Source of the DNA: Fidelibacterota bacterium
GTDB lineage: Bacteria; Fidelibacterota; Marinisomatia; Marinisomatales; UBA1611
Assembly: GCA_016784605.1 (NCBI GenBank)
Contig: JADHUI010000006.1
Span: 2,476 to 66,475 of the forward strand
Length of the DNA stretch: 64,000 nt
Reading direction: 5' to 3'
Shown: one piece after another, positions 1 through 9,405 of the stretch
How the letters are laid out: every line of letters begins with the position of its first letter
Numbering within the stretch: the first letter of the stretch is position 1
The notes under the pieces: generated by a model
Told to the model about the DNA's origin: nothing
Seen by the model: only the letters and a program-made list of their open reading frames with translations
Databases searched by the model: none
Translations under genes and position numbers: made by a program

Positions 1-5
1 GTAGC

Positions 6-1250
6 ATGTGGGGAAGTGATAAATCCGTGGTTTTAGATTCTATTGCAACATCTAATGTTATTTTATATTTATTGAATAATGAAGACGTTGACACAGATGT
101 TCAGAATCTTTGGGATACGGGAGTCATTGGACACGGTGTATTGGCAACAGAAATATTTCCTGAGTCAAGTTCTGAATATTTTTCTTCATCCCAACAAGAC
201 AGAACCCAATATCGCATTTCTCATCTCATACAACAATATGGGATTCAAACTTCCATGCCGGGCCTTCAAGGTTCCATCCAATCAGCATATATAAATGCAC
301 TGGAAAATGGCTATTTTTATATTGTGGACTCGATGCCTTTTCCGGTTGAATGGTGGATGGCAGAATATGTATCTTTAGGATTAGAAAGTTATTTTGGAAA
401 TTGGGCTCACGATCCAAATGAAAATGGATGGGCAGGATTGAGTGAGTATGCTTTTATTTCACGGGAGTCCATTGCTGAAAGTGACTCACTTCTTTATAAT
501 ATTATTTCAGGATTTTATGGAGAAACACTTGAATATGAAGCGGATTGGAATATGCCTTCTGGGCTTGACTTTCTGTTGCATAGAGAAGAATCATTAGATT
601 ATACATATCGTTCCCAATATTTGAAGAATGCGCGATTAATTGGAGATAATTCCAACAATATTTTAGGAAATAATTTTGACAATATTTTGACTGGAAACGA
701 AGGATGGAATAGCCTCGCAGGATTTGGCGGTCATGACGATTTAATTGGTCAAATTGGAAATAATGATATTGCCAAATTTCAGGGCGATCTGATGGAATAT
801 ACGATTGTAGAAATAGATGATACAGATGGCCATGATGATTATTTTATTACAGATTTAATGCCTAATCGTGATTCGACCTGTCATATTGTTGATATCCATT
901 TATTAAATTTTGCTGGCATAGTCTACGAAATAGAAAATATACTGGATGTAAATGATCCACTGATTCTGCCGACAGAAACGAAGTTATTACCTGCTTACCC
1001 AAATCCGTTCAACCCGATTACCACCATTGAATATCATTTAGCAGAAAAAGGTTGGACGCAATTAACTATTTTTGATTTATTAGGACGACCTGTCCGGACA
1101 TTAATTAATCAACAAAAACCAGCCGGCAAATATCATATACAGTGGAATGGACATAATGATATTGGCAAACCCATAAGTGCAGGAATGTATTTCTATCAAT
1201 TGCAAACGCAATCCAAGATTGAAACGCATAAAATTATCCTTCTAAAATAA
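6..1250 (+). CDS. 5'-truncated secreted protein with RTX/serralysin-like Gly-Asp/Asn repeats and a C-terminal T9SS type-A-like (FlgD-Ig) sorting domain
   Basis: Frame is open to the window edge. Repeats IGDNSNNILGNNFDNILTGNEGWNSLAGFGGHDDLIG; C-terminus AYPNPFNPITTIEY..IFDLLGRPV..WNG..SAGMYFY..KIILLK. Confidence 0.7.
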   Translation: MWGSDKSVVLDSIATSNVILYLLNNEDVDTDVQNLWDTGVIGHGVLATEIFPESSSEYFSSSQQDRTQYRISHLIQQYGIQTSMPGLQGSIQSAYINALENGYFYIVDSMPFPVEWWMAEYVSLGLESYFGNWAHDPNENGWAGLSEYAFISRESIAESDSLLYNIISGFYGETLEYEADWNMPSGLDFLLHREESLDYTYRSQYLKNARLIGDNSNNILGNNFDNILTGNEGWNSLAGFGGHDDLIGQIGNNDIAKFQGDLMEYTIVEIDDTDGHDDYFITDLMPNRDSTCHIVDIHLLNFAGIVYEIENILDVNDPLILPTETKLLPAYPNPFNPITTIEYHLAEKGWTQLTIFDLLGRPVRTLINQQKPAGKYHIQWNGHNDIGKPISAGMYFYQLQTQSKIETHKIILLK

Positions 1251-1395
1251 CCCTTGAAAATAGTGAGTGATTTTCTCTCTTAACTCGTTCATTTTGTAGC
1301 GGGCGGGGGACGACTGCATCTTTTACATTATCCAGATTAAAAATTGGACCGATTTATTGAACAAATAACTTGAAGAAAAAAGGAGAAAAATCATC

Positions 1396-1809
1396 ATGAT
1401 TCAAACCAAAAAACGTGAGTCCGGATTTACCATGATTGAAATTATGGTTGTGGTTGTGATTGTCGCTATTTTAGCGGCAGTAGCCGTTCCGATCTATGTT
1501 GAATATGTTAAAAGTGCCCGTGCATCAGAAGCGCGGTCTGTTATTGGAAGTATTTCTAATTCATCTGATATGTACTTTCAAACAAATGGTGAATGGCCAT
1601 CTTCGACAGAAGATTTAGAACGAACGGGTCAATTAGATTTAAAACGATCCACCAAAGCGAAATGGCAATTTGAACTTCAGCTAAGTGATGAAGGTGGACA
1701 AATAACAGCAACCAGTACAGAAGAAATGGCTGGCGGCGGCGGTCACCAGGTAATATTAAATATCGAAACAGGACGATTCACGGGCTACGGATCTAAAAAC
1801 GAAGAATAA
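1396..1809 (+). CDS. pilA: Type IV major pilin
   Basis: Class III signal peptide KKRESG|FTMIEIMVVVVIVAILAAVAVP (Gly-1, Phe+1, Glu+5); strong SD AAGGAG; first gene of the cluster; 137 aa. Confidence 0.85.
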   Translation: MIQTKKRESGFTMIEIMVVVVIVAILAAVAVPIYVEYVKSARASEARSVIGSISNSSDMYFQTNGEWPSSTEDLERTGQLDLKRSTKAKWQFELQLSDEGGQITATSTEEMAGGGGHQVILNIETGRFTGYGSKNEE

Positions 1810-1816
1810 TTTTTGT

Positions 1817-2869
1817 ATGGATATCAAAAAATTACTTAACTATTCTCTCGAAAGTGGTGCGTCTGATTTACACTTAAGTGTCGGTTCCGTTCCAATGGTT
1901 CGAATCAATGGGACAATGAAGCCGCTAAATATGGACACATTATCTCAAGAAGATATGGAATCCATATTACCTCAAGTTATGAATGAAGATCAAATTGCTT
2001 TATTCATTGAAAATAAAGAAATGGATTTATCGGCAAAGCTTGAAGGTAAAGGCAGATTCCGTGTCAACTTCTTTAACCAAATTAATGGTTTGGCAGGAGT
2101 ATTCCGTACCATTCCGGAAGTGGTTCAAGATTTCGATGATTTAGGAATTCCGCCTATACTTAGAAAATTAGCAAACATTGATCGTGGTTTGGTTCTATTG
2201 ACCGGACCAACTGGTTCTGGAAAAAGTACCACATTAGCTGCCATGATTGACCACGTTAATACAACAAGAGCTTGCCATATTATAACGATTGAAGATCCTG
2301 TGGAATATTATCACCGATCAAAAGAAAGTTTAATCAATCAACGTGAATTGGGTGCAAATACAAAAAGTTTCTCCAATGCTTTGCGGGCAGCCTTAAGGGA
2401 AGATCCAGATGTCATTTTGGTTGGGGAAATGCGTGATTTAGAAACAATTTCGTTGGCGTTAACGGCAGCTGAAACAGGTCATTTAGTTTTGTCAACCCTT
2501 CATACATCGAGTGCTGTTAAAGCGATAGATCGAATTATTGATATCTTTCCTCCAGGTCAAAAGGACCAAATACGTTCCATGCTGTCTGAAAGTTTAGAAG
2601 CCGTTATCGCTCAAAAGTTATTACCATCAAAAGATGGAAAAGGGAGAATTCCTGCTTGTGAAGTTATGATTGCCTCAACCGCTATTCGGAATTTGATAAG
2701 AGAAGATCGGATTTACCAAATTCCATCCGTGATTCAGTCAGGTGGAGTGGATGGTATGCAAGGATTAGATCAAGATTTGCAACGACTTGTGTCTCAAGGA
2801 AAAGTTGAACGCAAAGCGGCAGCAGCCATTGCAGAAAATCCAAAATTATTTCAATCGAACGTACTCTGA
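1817..2869 (+). CDS. pilT: Type IV pilus retraction ATPase
   Basis: ASDLHL, Walker A GPTGSGKST, TIEDPVE, ALREDPDVILVGEMRD and the PilT-specific AIRNLIRE motif. Confidence 0.95.
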   Translation: MDIKKLLNYSLESGASDLHLSVGSVPMVRINGTMKPLNMDTLSQEDMESILPQVMNEDQIALFIENKEMDLSAKLEGKGRFRVNFFNQINGLAGVFRTIPEVVQDFDDLGIPPILRKLANIDRGLVLLTGPTGSGKSTTLAAMIDHVNTTRACHIITIEDPVEYYHRSKESLINQRELGANTKSFSNALRAALREDPDVILVGEMRDLETISLALTAAETGHLVLSTLHTSSAVKAIDRIIDIFPPGQKDQIRSMLSESLEAVIAQKLLPSKDGKGRIPACEVMIASTAIRNLIREDRIYQIPSVIQSGGVDGMQGLDQDLQRLVSQGKVERKAAAAIAENPKLFQSNVL

Positions 2870-2889
2870 TAAATTTGAGTTAGGCAATC

Positions 2890-3360
2890 ATGCAAACATT
2901 CATAAAAAATGAAAGCGGATTCACCTTTATTGAAGTTATGACAGCTTTTATGATTATTTCAATTGCTTCGGTTGGACTCATGATGGGTGCGGCACATGCG
3001 CAAGGTGAACTCCGGTCATTGGAATTGCGTGAAAGAGCAACCGAAGAATTGCTTAATTACACAGAATATTGGCGCGGTCGGATCGCAGATGGAAAATTAT
3101 CTCAATCAGAGATGGTTGGGAATCTTGAAGGTGAAACAGTGTATTTAAGGGGAAGTTTAACAGCTCAAAATAAAGTAGTAGCAAAAGTTTATTATGATAT
3201 AACTCATTTGGATAATGATACCGAATTTGGAAAAACGAGTTTTAATCGGTTCCAACTTGAAACATGGATAAAATGGTCTGACTTTATCCCAAAAGGAAAA
3301 TCGAAATCAGTCGCTCAGAGAGAACGACGCCTCGAAACAGTCATGGCTACTTTCAATTGA
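2890..3360 (+). CDS. Minor pilin (PilV-like)
   Basis: KNESG|FTFIEVMTAFMII prepilin motif; first of three consecutive minor pilins. Confidence 0.8.
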   Translation: MQTFIKNESGFTFIEVMTAFMIISIASVGLMMGAAHAQGELRSLELRERATEELLNYTEYWRGRIADGKLSQSEMVGNLEGETVYLRGSLTAQNKVVAKVYYDITHLDNDTEFGKTSFNRFQLETWIKWSDFIPKGKSKSVAQRERRLETVMATFN

Positions 3361-3956
3361 AAAATATATTTAAAAAATCATCTCAGGGTTTAACCTTGAT
3401 GGAATTGACTGCTGTTATGACGGTAGTGGGTGTTATTGCATTAGGGATGGGGATTGGATTTAAAAATATTCTTTACCATTATCAGCATGATGCTGTTCGT
3501 CAAGATATTCGTCATTATGGTAATATTGTTCTAAGAGAAATAAATCGAGAAATGGGGTTAGCCGAAAAAATTGAAGATGATCATTTTAATGGATTTTCTC
3601 GATTAAAAATTTATTATTATAAAGAAAATCTTATTCCCGATGTTGTTATAACCGCTTCAATGGATGATGGGGTTCTCATCAATGGAGAACTCCCTTTAGC
3701 GGGAAGTTTGAAATTGCCTAAAGATGGTCGTTTTCGTGGAGAAAATAAACGACAAATTGTGATGGGTGATTTTGATGTTGAGCGCCATGTGGATGTGCGA
3801 CAGAATTTAAGTCGGTTCTCCGAAGCTTTTTTTCATGTGAATTTGATACTAGAATTAAAATCATTTGTTTACACAGATGGCAAGAGTGTGAAAGAAGAAT
3901 TCCCATTTTATCGAACGAGTTTTATGTCAAGGTCTTATCTCAGTGAACTTCTTTAG
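3357..3956 (+). CDS. Minor pilin (PilW-like)
   Basis: KSSQG|LTLMELTAVM prepilin motif; TTGA overlap with the previous stop. Confidence 0.8.
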   Translation: MKNIFKKSSQGLTLMELTAVMTVVGVIALGMGIGFKNILYHYQHDAVRQDIRHYGNIVLREINREMGLAEKIEDDHFNGFSRLKIYYYKENLIPDVVITASMDDGVLINGELPLAGSLKLPKDGRFRGENKRQIVMGDFDVERHVDVRQNLSRFSEAFFHVNLILELKSFVYTDGKSVKEEFPFYRTSFMSRSYLSELL

Positions 3957-6174
3957 AAAACACGAATCTGGATCAGTTGCGCCTCTTGCTGTGCTCTTTA
4001 CAATGTTAAGTATGGGTTTTACGATTGCTTATTTAAGAAATAGTTCTACTGTTGCATCAATGGAACGATACCGTTTTGCAGAAGCGAAAGCGCAATACTT
4101 AGCAGAAGCGGGACTCAATGAAGCAGGGATTGTCATTTTGCCGGGAATTACATCATCTGACACAACCATGTTTCCAGAAGGTCGCGATTTTGGTGTGGAT
4201 GAACGTGGAAAAGTATTAGGTCAATATAGAAATATTCGAATGCAAACAGATTTAATTGAAAATTCTACTCGAAAGTATTATCAGGCAACGAGCGAAGGAG
4301 TTGTTAAATACAAAACACCTAGCGGAAATGAAGTGGATGTAACTCAACAAGTTTCCACAACAATGGTACCTGAAGGTTTTGAAGAATTTATGTATTTCAC
4401 CAATGAAGAATTACCCATTGGTCCGCCAAATGAAGATTTGAATGGAGGTGTTATTAATTTTGGCGGTAGCGATAAGCTTGAAGGGCGAGTGCATACAAAT
4501 GGGACCATTAACTTTAGTAATTGGGGTTGCCCAGAAATCGACCCTAATGCAGAAGTCACTATCACATATGAAGCAGTAGAAAGTGGCGGCGGAATTGGTA
4601 GTATGGGCGCATGCAGTGATGATGTATTTGAATTTGAGGACGGAGATGGTGATTCTTATACAATTTTAGACACGGTTGCTTCAATCGTTTGGCCACCTTC
4701 TACTTCAGCGCAAAATGCAAAATCCAATGCCAATAATACCATTATTTCTGATAGTAAAATTACTTTTTCGCCCTCAAAAAAAGATACAATGATTATGTCG
4801 GAAATTCATTTCGCCGACGAGGGGTATTATTTAACGCAATGGTGGTATTTAATTCCACCTGTTGGTGGACCACCTAATGAATTCTCCTATTTATGGGACG
4901 AAACGAGTGCTACGAATTTTACCATTGATGCAGGGCATTTACGCATTGGATTTGATAATACATATACTCCAGGAGTAGGATATACATTCCCTTCTTGGCT
5001 TATCGTAAATCCGCAAACTTCTGAAGGGGAAAATGTTTATTCTATCTTAAATGGTATTGCGACTGGAAACCAAATACAGATTCAAAATACTTCAGGGTCA
5101 AAAACAATGATTATTGAAGTTGGGAATCACTTAAATCCATCTGGGAATGTGGCTTATAACGTAGCAAATTTTTCATACTCTTCATCGGATGATGTTGGTT
5201 TTTCACAAGATGAAGCAGTGACTTTTATCAATTTAAGTGCTGATACAGATTTAGATCCGACGATTGAGTTTAACGCATTTGCCAATTTCCATAGCCATTC
5301 ATCAGTAGATTTCTGTCGTGTGGATGGTTTACAGCATTATGATTTAGAGTACTGGCGTGTTTCTGATATTTTTTCAAACCCAGAAGCAGTTTATACCAGT
5401 GAATATGTTGTATTTCCAAAAACATTCTTTCCTTATCCAAATAAACCACAAGTTTTATATGTGAAAGGTGGCCAAGTATTGGTCCGGGGTTCCGTCAAAG
5501 GAAAATATACAATTGTAACAGATGATTATACTGAATATAGAAGGCACGATAACCAAAGTATTGTAGATCGTGTATGGGGTAATATTTGGTTAATTGATGA
5601 TATTGTATATGAAGATTCCAACCCGGTAACGGGGGAAGTGATTCACCCTAATAATGGAGGAACGGAAAATATATTGGGCTTAATTGCCGGAGGAAATATC
5701 ATTATTGCAAATACGAAACCGAATGGCGCTCGTGCACAACAATATGGCCAAGATATTAAAATTAATGCGGCTATGATGGCCATGCATGGAGGCTTTTTAG
5801 CTCACTATTGGCAGAATACATTATCTGCATATGGAAATCCAAATACGTCAAACCCCTATAACTCCTTAGCTGATGGACAAGGACGCTATAGAAATCCGTA
5901 TTATTTAGAATCGTCTAGTCCAGGAAATACGGGGCAAAATGATATTCGCGGAACTGTATATGTATGGGGAGCAGTGGTTCAATCAAAACGTGGATACATG
6001 AAACGAAATACCGTTGGACCTTACAATGCGTCTCCCGGTGTGGGATATGATAAAGATTACCATTACGATTATAATTTAAAGGACAATCCACCACCGCATT
6101 ACCCAAATCCGGAAGATGTGAATGGAAATGTCATTTTACATATGTCATCTTATGGCATAGCAAAGAAAGAATAA
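3943..6174 (+). CDS. Large PilX-like minor pilin (743 aa)
   Basis: KHESG|SVAPLAVLF with no Glu+5 (a PilX/GspK trait); AKAQYLAEAGL; later GRVHTNG, LGLIAGGNIII, GYDKDYHYD..PPPHYP. Confidence 0.75.
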   Translation: MNFFRKHESGSVAPLAVLFTMLSMGFTIAYLRNSSTVASMERYRFAEAKAQYLAEAGLNEAGIVILPGITSSDTTMFPEGRDFGVDERGKVLGQYRNIRMQTDLIENSTRKYYQATSEGVVKYKTPSGNEVDVTQQVSTTMVPEGFEEFMYFTNEELPIGPPNEDLNGGVINFGGSDKLEGRVHTNGTINFSNWGCPEIDPNAEVTITYEAVESGGGIGSMGACSDDVFEFEDGDGDSYTILDTVASIVWPPSTSAQNAKSNANNTIISDSKITFSPSKKDTMIMSEIHFADEGYYLTQWWYLIPPVGGPPNEFSYLWDETSATNFTIDAGHLRIGFDNTYTPGVGYTFPSWLIVNPQTSEGENVYSILNGIATGNQIQIQNTSGSKTMIIEVGNHLNPSGNVAYNVANFSYSSSDDVGFSQDEAVTFINLSADTDLDPTIEFNAFANFHSHSSVDFCRVDGLQHYDLEYWRVSDIFSNPEAVYTSEYVVFPKTFFPYPNKPQVLYVKGGQVLVRGSVKGKYTIVTDDYTEYRRHDNQSIVDRVWGNIWLIDDIVYEDSNPVTGEVIHPNNGGTENILGLIAGGNIIIANTKPNGARAQQYGQDIKINAAMMAMHGGFLAHYWQNTLSAYGNPNTSNPYNSLADGQGRYRNPYYLESSSPGNTGQNDIRGTVYVWGAVVQSKRGYMKRNTVGPYNASPGVGYDKDYHYDYNLKDNPPPHYPNPEDVNGNVILHMSSYGIAKKE

Positions 6175-6180
6175 TAAAAT

Positions 6181-7233
6181 ATGATACTTGGACTCGATAT
6201 TGGGAGGCATACAATTAAATTAGTCTCCGTCGAAAAAACAAAAGAAGGATTCAAAATCCTAGATGCTGCAAGCCGATTGGTACCAGATGCGAATAGAGCG
6301 TATGATCCCGAAAAGATTGATAAACCAATGTGGATCATGGCCATAAAGGAATTAATGCGGTTACAGGGAATTAATCCCAAGCGAGTAAAAAATATTGTGA
6401 CCGGTATTGGCGGTGTTCATGCCAGTGTCAAGCAAATCACAACCTTAGATATGCCTACTGAAGAATTGCATTCATCTATGACACTTGAAGCGAGAAAACA
6501 TATACCTATGGATGGAACAGACGCCGTAATTGATTTTGAGATTTTCGGCCCAAATGCAAGAGAAGTCGATAAAATTGATGTCGGTCTTGTGGCCTGTACA
6601 AAAGGTATTCTAAATCATCATTTAGATTTATTAAAAGAATGTGGGTTTAAACCAGGAATTGTGGATGTTGAACCGATTGCAATGACCAATACTTTTTCCC
6701 ACGCAAAGGATATGCCTGAAGACGGGTTGGTGGTTTTATTAGATATAGGCGCAGTCTCTTCTGGGCTTGTCGTTTGGGGACATCAACAACAATACTTTAC
6801 GAGAGATATTCAAATTGGGGGGCATGATTTTGTTAAAGCTGTGATGGATAAAAAAGATTTATCCTATATCGATGCTCAAGATTTGCTTCAAAAAGAAGGA
6901 CTTTCTGCTATTTTGAGTCAATCTACATCCGATCATGAAAATGCTATTGGACTAGCTGAAAGAACAGTTTTTGATAATTTGGTAGAAGATATTAGACGTT
7001 CTCTCCGGTTCTATGCTAAAACAACAGGACAAAGTTTTTTCTTGAAAATTTTATTAAGTGGAGGTGTGGCAGAAACGCCTGGATTAGTTGATTATATTCA
7101 ATCGAAACTTAATGTAGATACAGCCATTATTAATCCTCTCGAATCTCTTGCGGGTATTGAAGAATTAGAGGTCTCCAATCCTTCTCAATATGCGATTGCA
7201 TTGGGTCTAGCCATCAGGGGAGGATTATCATGA
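6181..7233 (+). CDS. pilM: Type IV pilus assembly protein PilM
   Basis: Actin-like motifs GLDIGRHTIK, LLDIGA, GG, IRRSLRFY, LLSGG, ALGLAIRG. Confidence 0.93.
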   Translation: MILGLDIGRHTIKLVSVEKTKEGFKILDAASRLVPDANRAYDPEKIDKPMWIMAIKELMRLQGINPKRVKNIVTGIGGVHASVKQITTLDMPTEELHSSMTLEARKHIPMDGTDAVIDFEIFGPNAREVDKIDVGLVACTKGILNHHLDLLKECGFKPGIVDVEPIAMTNTFSHAKDMPEDGLVVLLDIGAVSSGLVVWGHQQQYFTRDIQIGGHDFVKAVMDKKDLSYIDAQDLLQKEGLSAILSQSTSDHENAIGLAERTVFDNLVEDIRRSLRFYAKTTGQSFFLKILLSGGVAETPGLVDYIQSKLNVDTAIINPLESLAGIEELEVSNPSQYAIALGLAIRGGLS

Positions 7234-7835
7234 AAAAATATATTCTCATAAACCTAAATCAATCTGAAAGTAAAGAAACGCGTCAAGAGAGATTCAATGA
7301 GCAAATACGATGGGTTCTTTTTTCTGTGTTTCTGATTTTGTTTCTAGGAGCGAATATTCGTATATGGATGATCTCGAGTGGATATGACAGAATTATTATT
7401 CAAAAAGAGAATGAAATAGAAAAAGTTAAAATGGAAATCAAAGCATTAGAAGCGAAAGGGAAAAATTTATCAAAGGATGATATTCTATCGTTTGCGGAAT
7501 TAGAACAAACACGATACTTGTGGGCGCGAAATATGGAAATGCTTGGGGAAATGACCCCTAATGATATGGCAATAACAGGGTTGAAATTCAAACATGATAA
7601 ATTGACCATCACTGGAATCGCGCCTGTATATGACGATAGAAAAGATTTTGAAATTATTAATAGTTACGTTCAAAAATTGAATAATAATTCTGAATTTGCG
7701 AATCATTTTCAACGCATTAAATATGTAGGCCATAATCGATTGAATTTTAGAGGACAAGATATTGTGAAATTTGAAGTATTAGCACCGGCAAAATACTCTT
7801 CTGGTAAGAAAAAGATTAAACGGAAGGGACGATAA
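7230..7835 (+). CDS. pilN: PilN-like protein
   Basis: N-terminal INL motif, one TM helix, coiled coil, ferredoxin-like C-terminal part; directly after pilM. Confidence 0.8.
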   Translation: MKKYILINLNQSESKETRQERFNEQIRWVLFSVFLILFLGANIRIWMISSGYDRIIIQKENEIEKVKMEIKALEAKGKNLSKDDILSFAELEQTRYLWARNMEMLGEMTPNDMAITGLKFKHDKLTITGIAPVYDDRKDFEIINSYVQKLNNNSEFANHFQRIKYVGHNRLNFRGQDIVKFEVLAPAKYSSGKKKIKRKGR

Positions 7836-8410
7836 TGGCTGAAAAAAGAAACTTAATTTTATTGTCTGTTGTTGTTTTACTAACTGTGGCTTTTTGGATG
7901 GGTTCATCTATGCTTATCGGTGAAAAGCCATTAAGCATTAAAATATTAGAACAGGAACAAGAAGAATTAAATGAGAATTTAATTAGTGCACAAATATTGG
8001 CGAGTAAACTTGATCGTGTTTATACATTATTTCAAGAGAATTTGGCTTTATCATTAAAAGATTCATTGGCTGAAGATGCTTCAATGCCTTTTCTTCGAGA
8101 TCTTACCGATAAATTGGATAAGCTCAATATTGAAGTCTTGAGCCTAAAGCCCCGAAAGCGAATTAAAGAAAAAGGATATTACAGATCCCCATATGAATTA
8201 ACGGTTAATTGTAGCTTTGATAAATTTGGTGAATTCCTAACGGAATTAGAACGTTCACCGCGTCTTATTAATATAGATGAATTTATCGTTAAAAATGGAA
8301 TTGAAAGAGTGAAGTCTAAAATGCAAGAAGAAGATTTAATTGACCAAGTTTTTGAAGTGGGCCTTTCTACAATTACCCTTGTTAAAGGAAAAGGTAGGGT
8401 TAAATCATGA
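7835..8410 (+). CDS. pilO: PilO-like protein
   Basis: TM helix plus coiled coil, F..FL..LE..PRLINI pattern; after pilN. Confidence 0.85.
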   Translation: MAEKRNLILLSVVVLLTVAFWMGSSMLIGEKPLSIKILEQEQEELNENLISAQILASKLDRVYTLFQENLALSLKDSLAEDASMPFLRDLTDKLDKLNIEVLSLKPRKRIKEKGYYRSPYELTVNCSFDKFGEFLTELERSPRLINIDEFIVKNGIERVKSKMQEEDLIDQVFEVGLSTITLVKGKGRVKS

Positions 8411-9384
8411 CAAATGAAGGACGTACACGTACTGTTTGGATGCTTGTCTCTTGGTTAAGTGTCATCTTATTGATCATTATTGGATTTAAACTATACCCAA
8501 TGAATAAAAAATGGCAAAAGATTCAAGATAGATCGTCCCAAGTAAAATTTGGTACGGATGAAGATTTAGAGAGTGTTATTACTTTTTTAGAGACTCGATT
8601 AAAGGATAGAGGCAAATTTCAATTTCAATTAGATAATACGCCTATGCGAATTACCAATGTTCTTTTCCTAACAGATGGTTCCGGTCGTCGTTTGAGACGA
8701 GATAGGTCGGCAGTGCGCGTATCTATGGTGTATCAACGCGAAAACCATTTTCAAGCTCAAATATCATATCGTGGTAAAACCGTTACAGCAAAATCTGGAG
8801 ATCATTTAATGGAATTGGGAGAAATCTTGATGATAGACCAATCAAGAGTTATTATTAAAAATGAAGGAAAAATAATGGCTTACCCCGCACCAGGATCCGA
8901 TTTAGAAAAACCAATAGAGTTGCAAAATTATGTTTTACCTAAAACACCCGAAAAAAAGATTGGGGTGCCTAAGACTGCCTCATTGAAAGAGTTGAAGACT
9001 TCAAAGGGTCAGCTTGTGGAAATTTTACCTGAAATAAATATTGATAATAGTGAGACAGATTTAAAGCCAGGCTTAAAAAAAGCTCCAGCCCTAATCAAAT
9101 TAAGTAATAAAAGTTCTAAAAATAGCCGCATTGAAACACCCGCATTCGAGCGCGATCCAAATTGGAAAAAAACGATTCAATTATCGCTAGGGACAATTCA
9201 ATTTGAATTGAGTGGTAAACCTGCAGGAAATACCTTTGAAGCGCTTAAAGAAAAAGCGATAACAAACGGTTTGAAGGATGAAATATTTAATAAACAATTT
9301 GAAGAAATTGGGTTTTTTGAATTCCAAAAATATTTGGAAAATAATCAGGAAACAATTTTTGCGCTAATTGAAAAAAATAATTAA
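8407..9384 (+). CDS. PilP/GspC-like protein with N-terminal TM and long C-terminal extension
   Basis: Lies between pilO and the secretin; AQISYRGKTVTAKSGD..GEILMIDQSRVII resembles the PilP/GspC HR domain. Confidence 0.55.
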   Translation: MTNEGRTRTVWMLVSWLSVILLIIIGFKLYPMNKKWQKIQDRSSQVKFGTDEDLESVITFLETRLKDRGKFQFQLDNTPMRITNVLFLTDGSGRRLRRDRSAVRVSMVYQRENHFQAQISYRGKTVTAKSGDHLMELGEILMIDQSRVIIKNEGKIMAYPAPGSDLEKPIELQNYVLPKTPEKKIGVPKTASLKELKTSKGQLVEILPEINIDNSETDLKPGLKKAPALIKLSNKSSKNSRIETPAFERDPNWKKTIQLSLGTIQFELSGKPAGNTFEALKEKAITNGLKDEIFNKQFEEIGFFEFQKYLENNQETIFALIEKNN

Positions 9385-9405
9385 AAGATATTACAAGGAA
9401 AAATA

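Noticed and set aside
1295-1318. GC-rich TGTAGCGGGCGGGGGACGACTGCA upstream of pilA, recalling the Neisseria pilE G-quadruplex or a riboswitch
   Set aside because: Only two G-runs, a weak 5-bp stem, no silent pilin copies and no recognisable riboswitch consensus
1344-1360. TTGGAC..ATTGA as a sigma54 promoter for pilA
   Set aside because: Lacks the GC at -12 with correct spacing from GG
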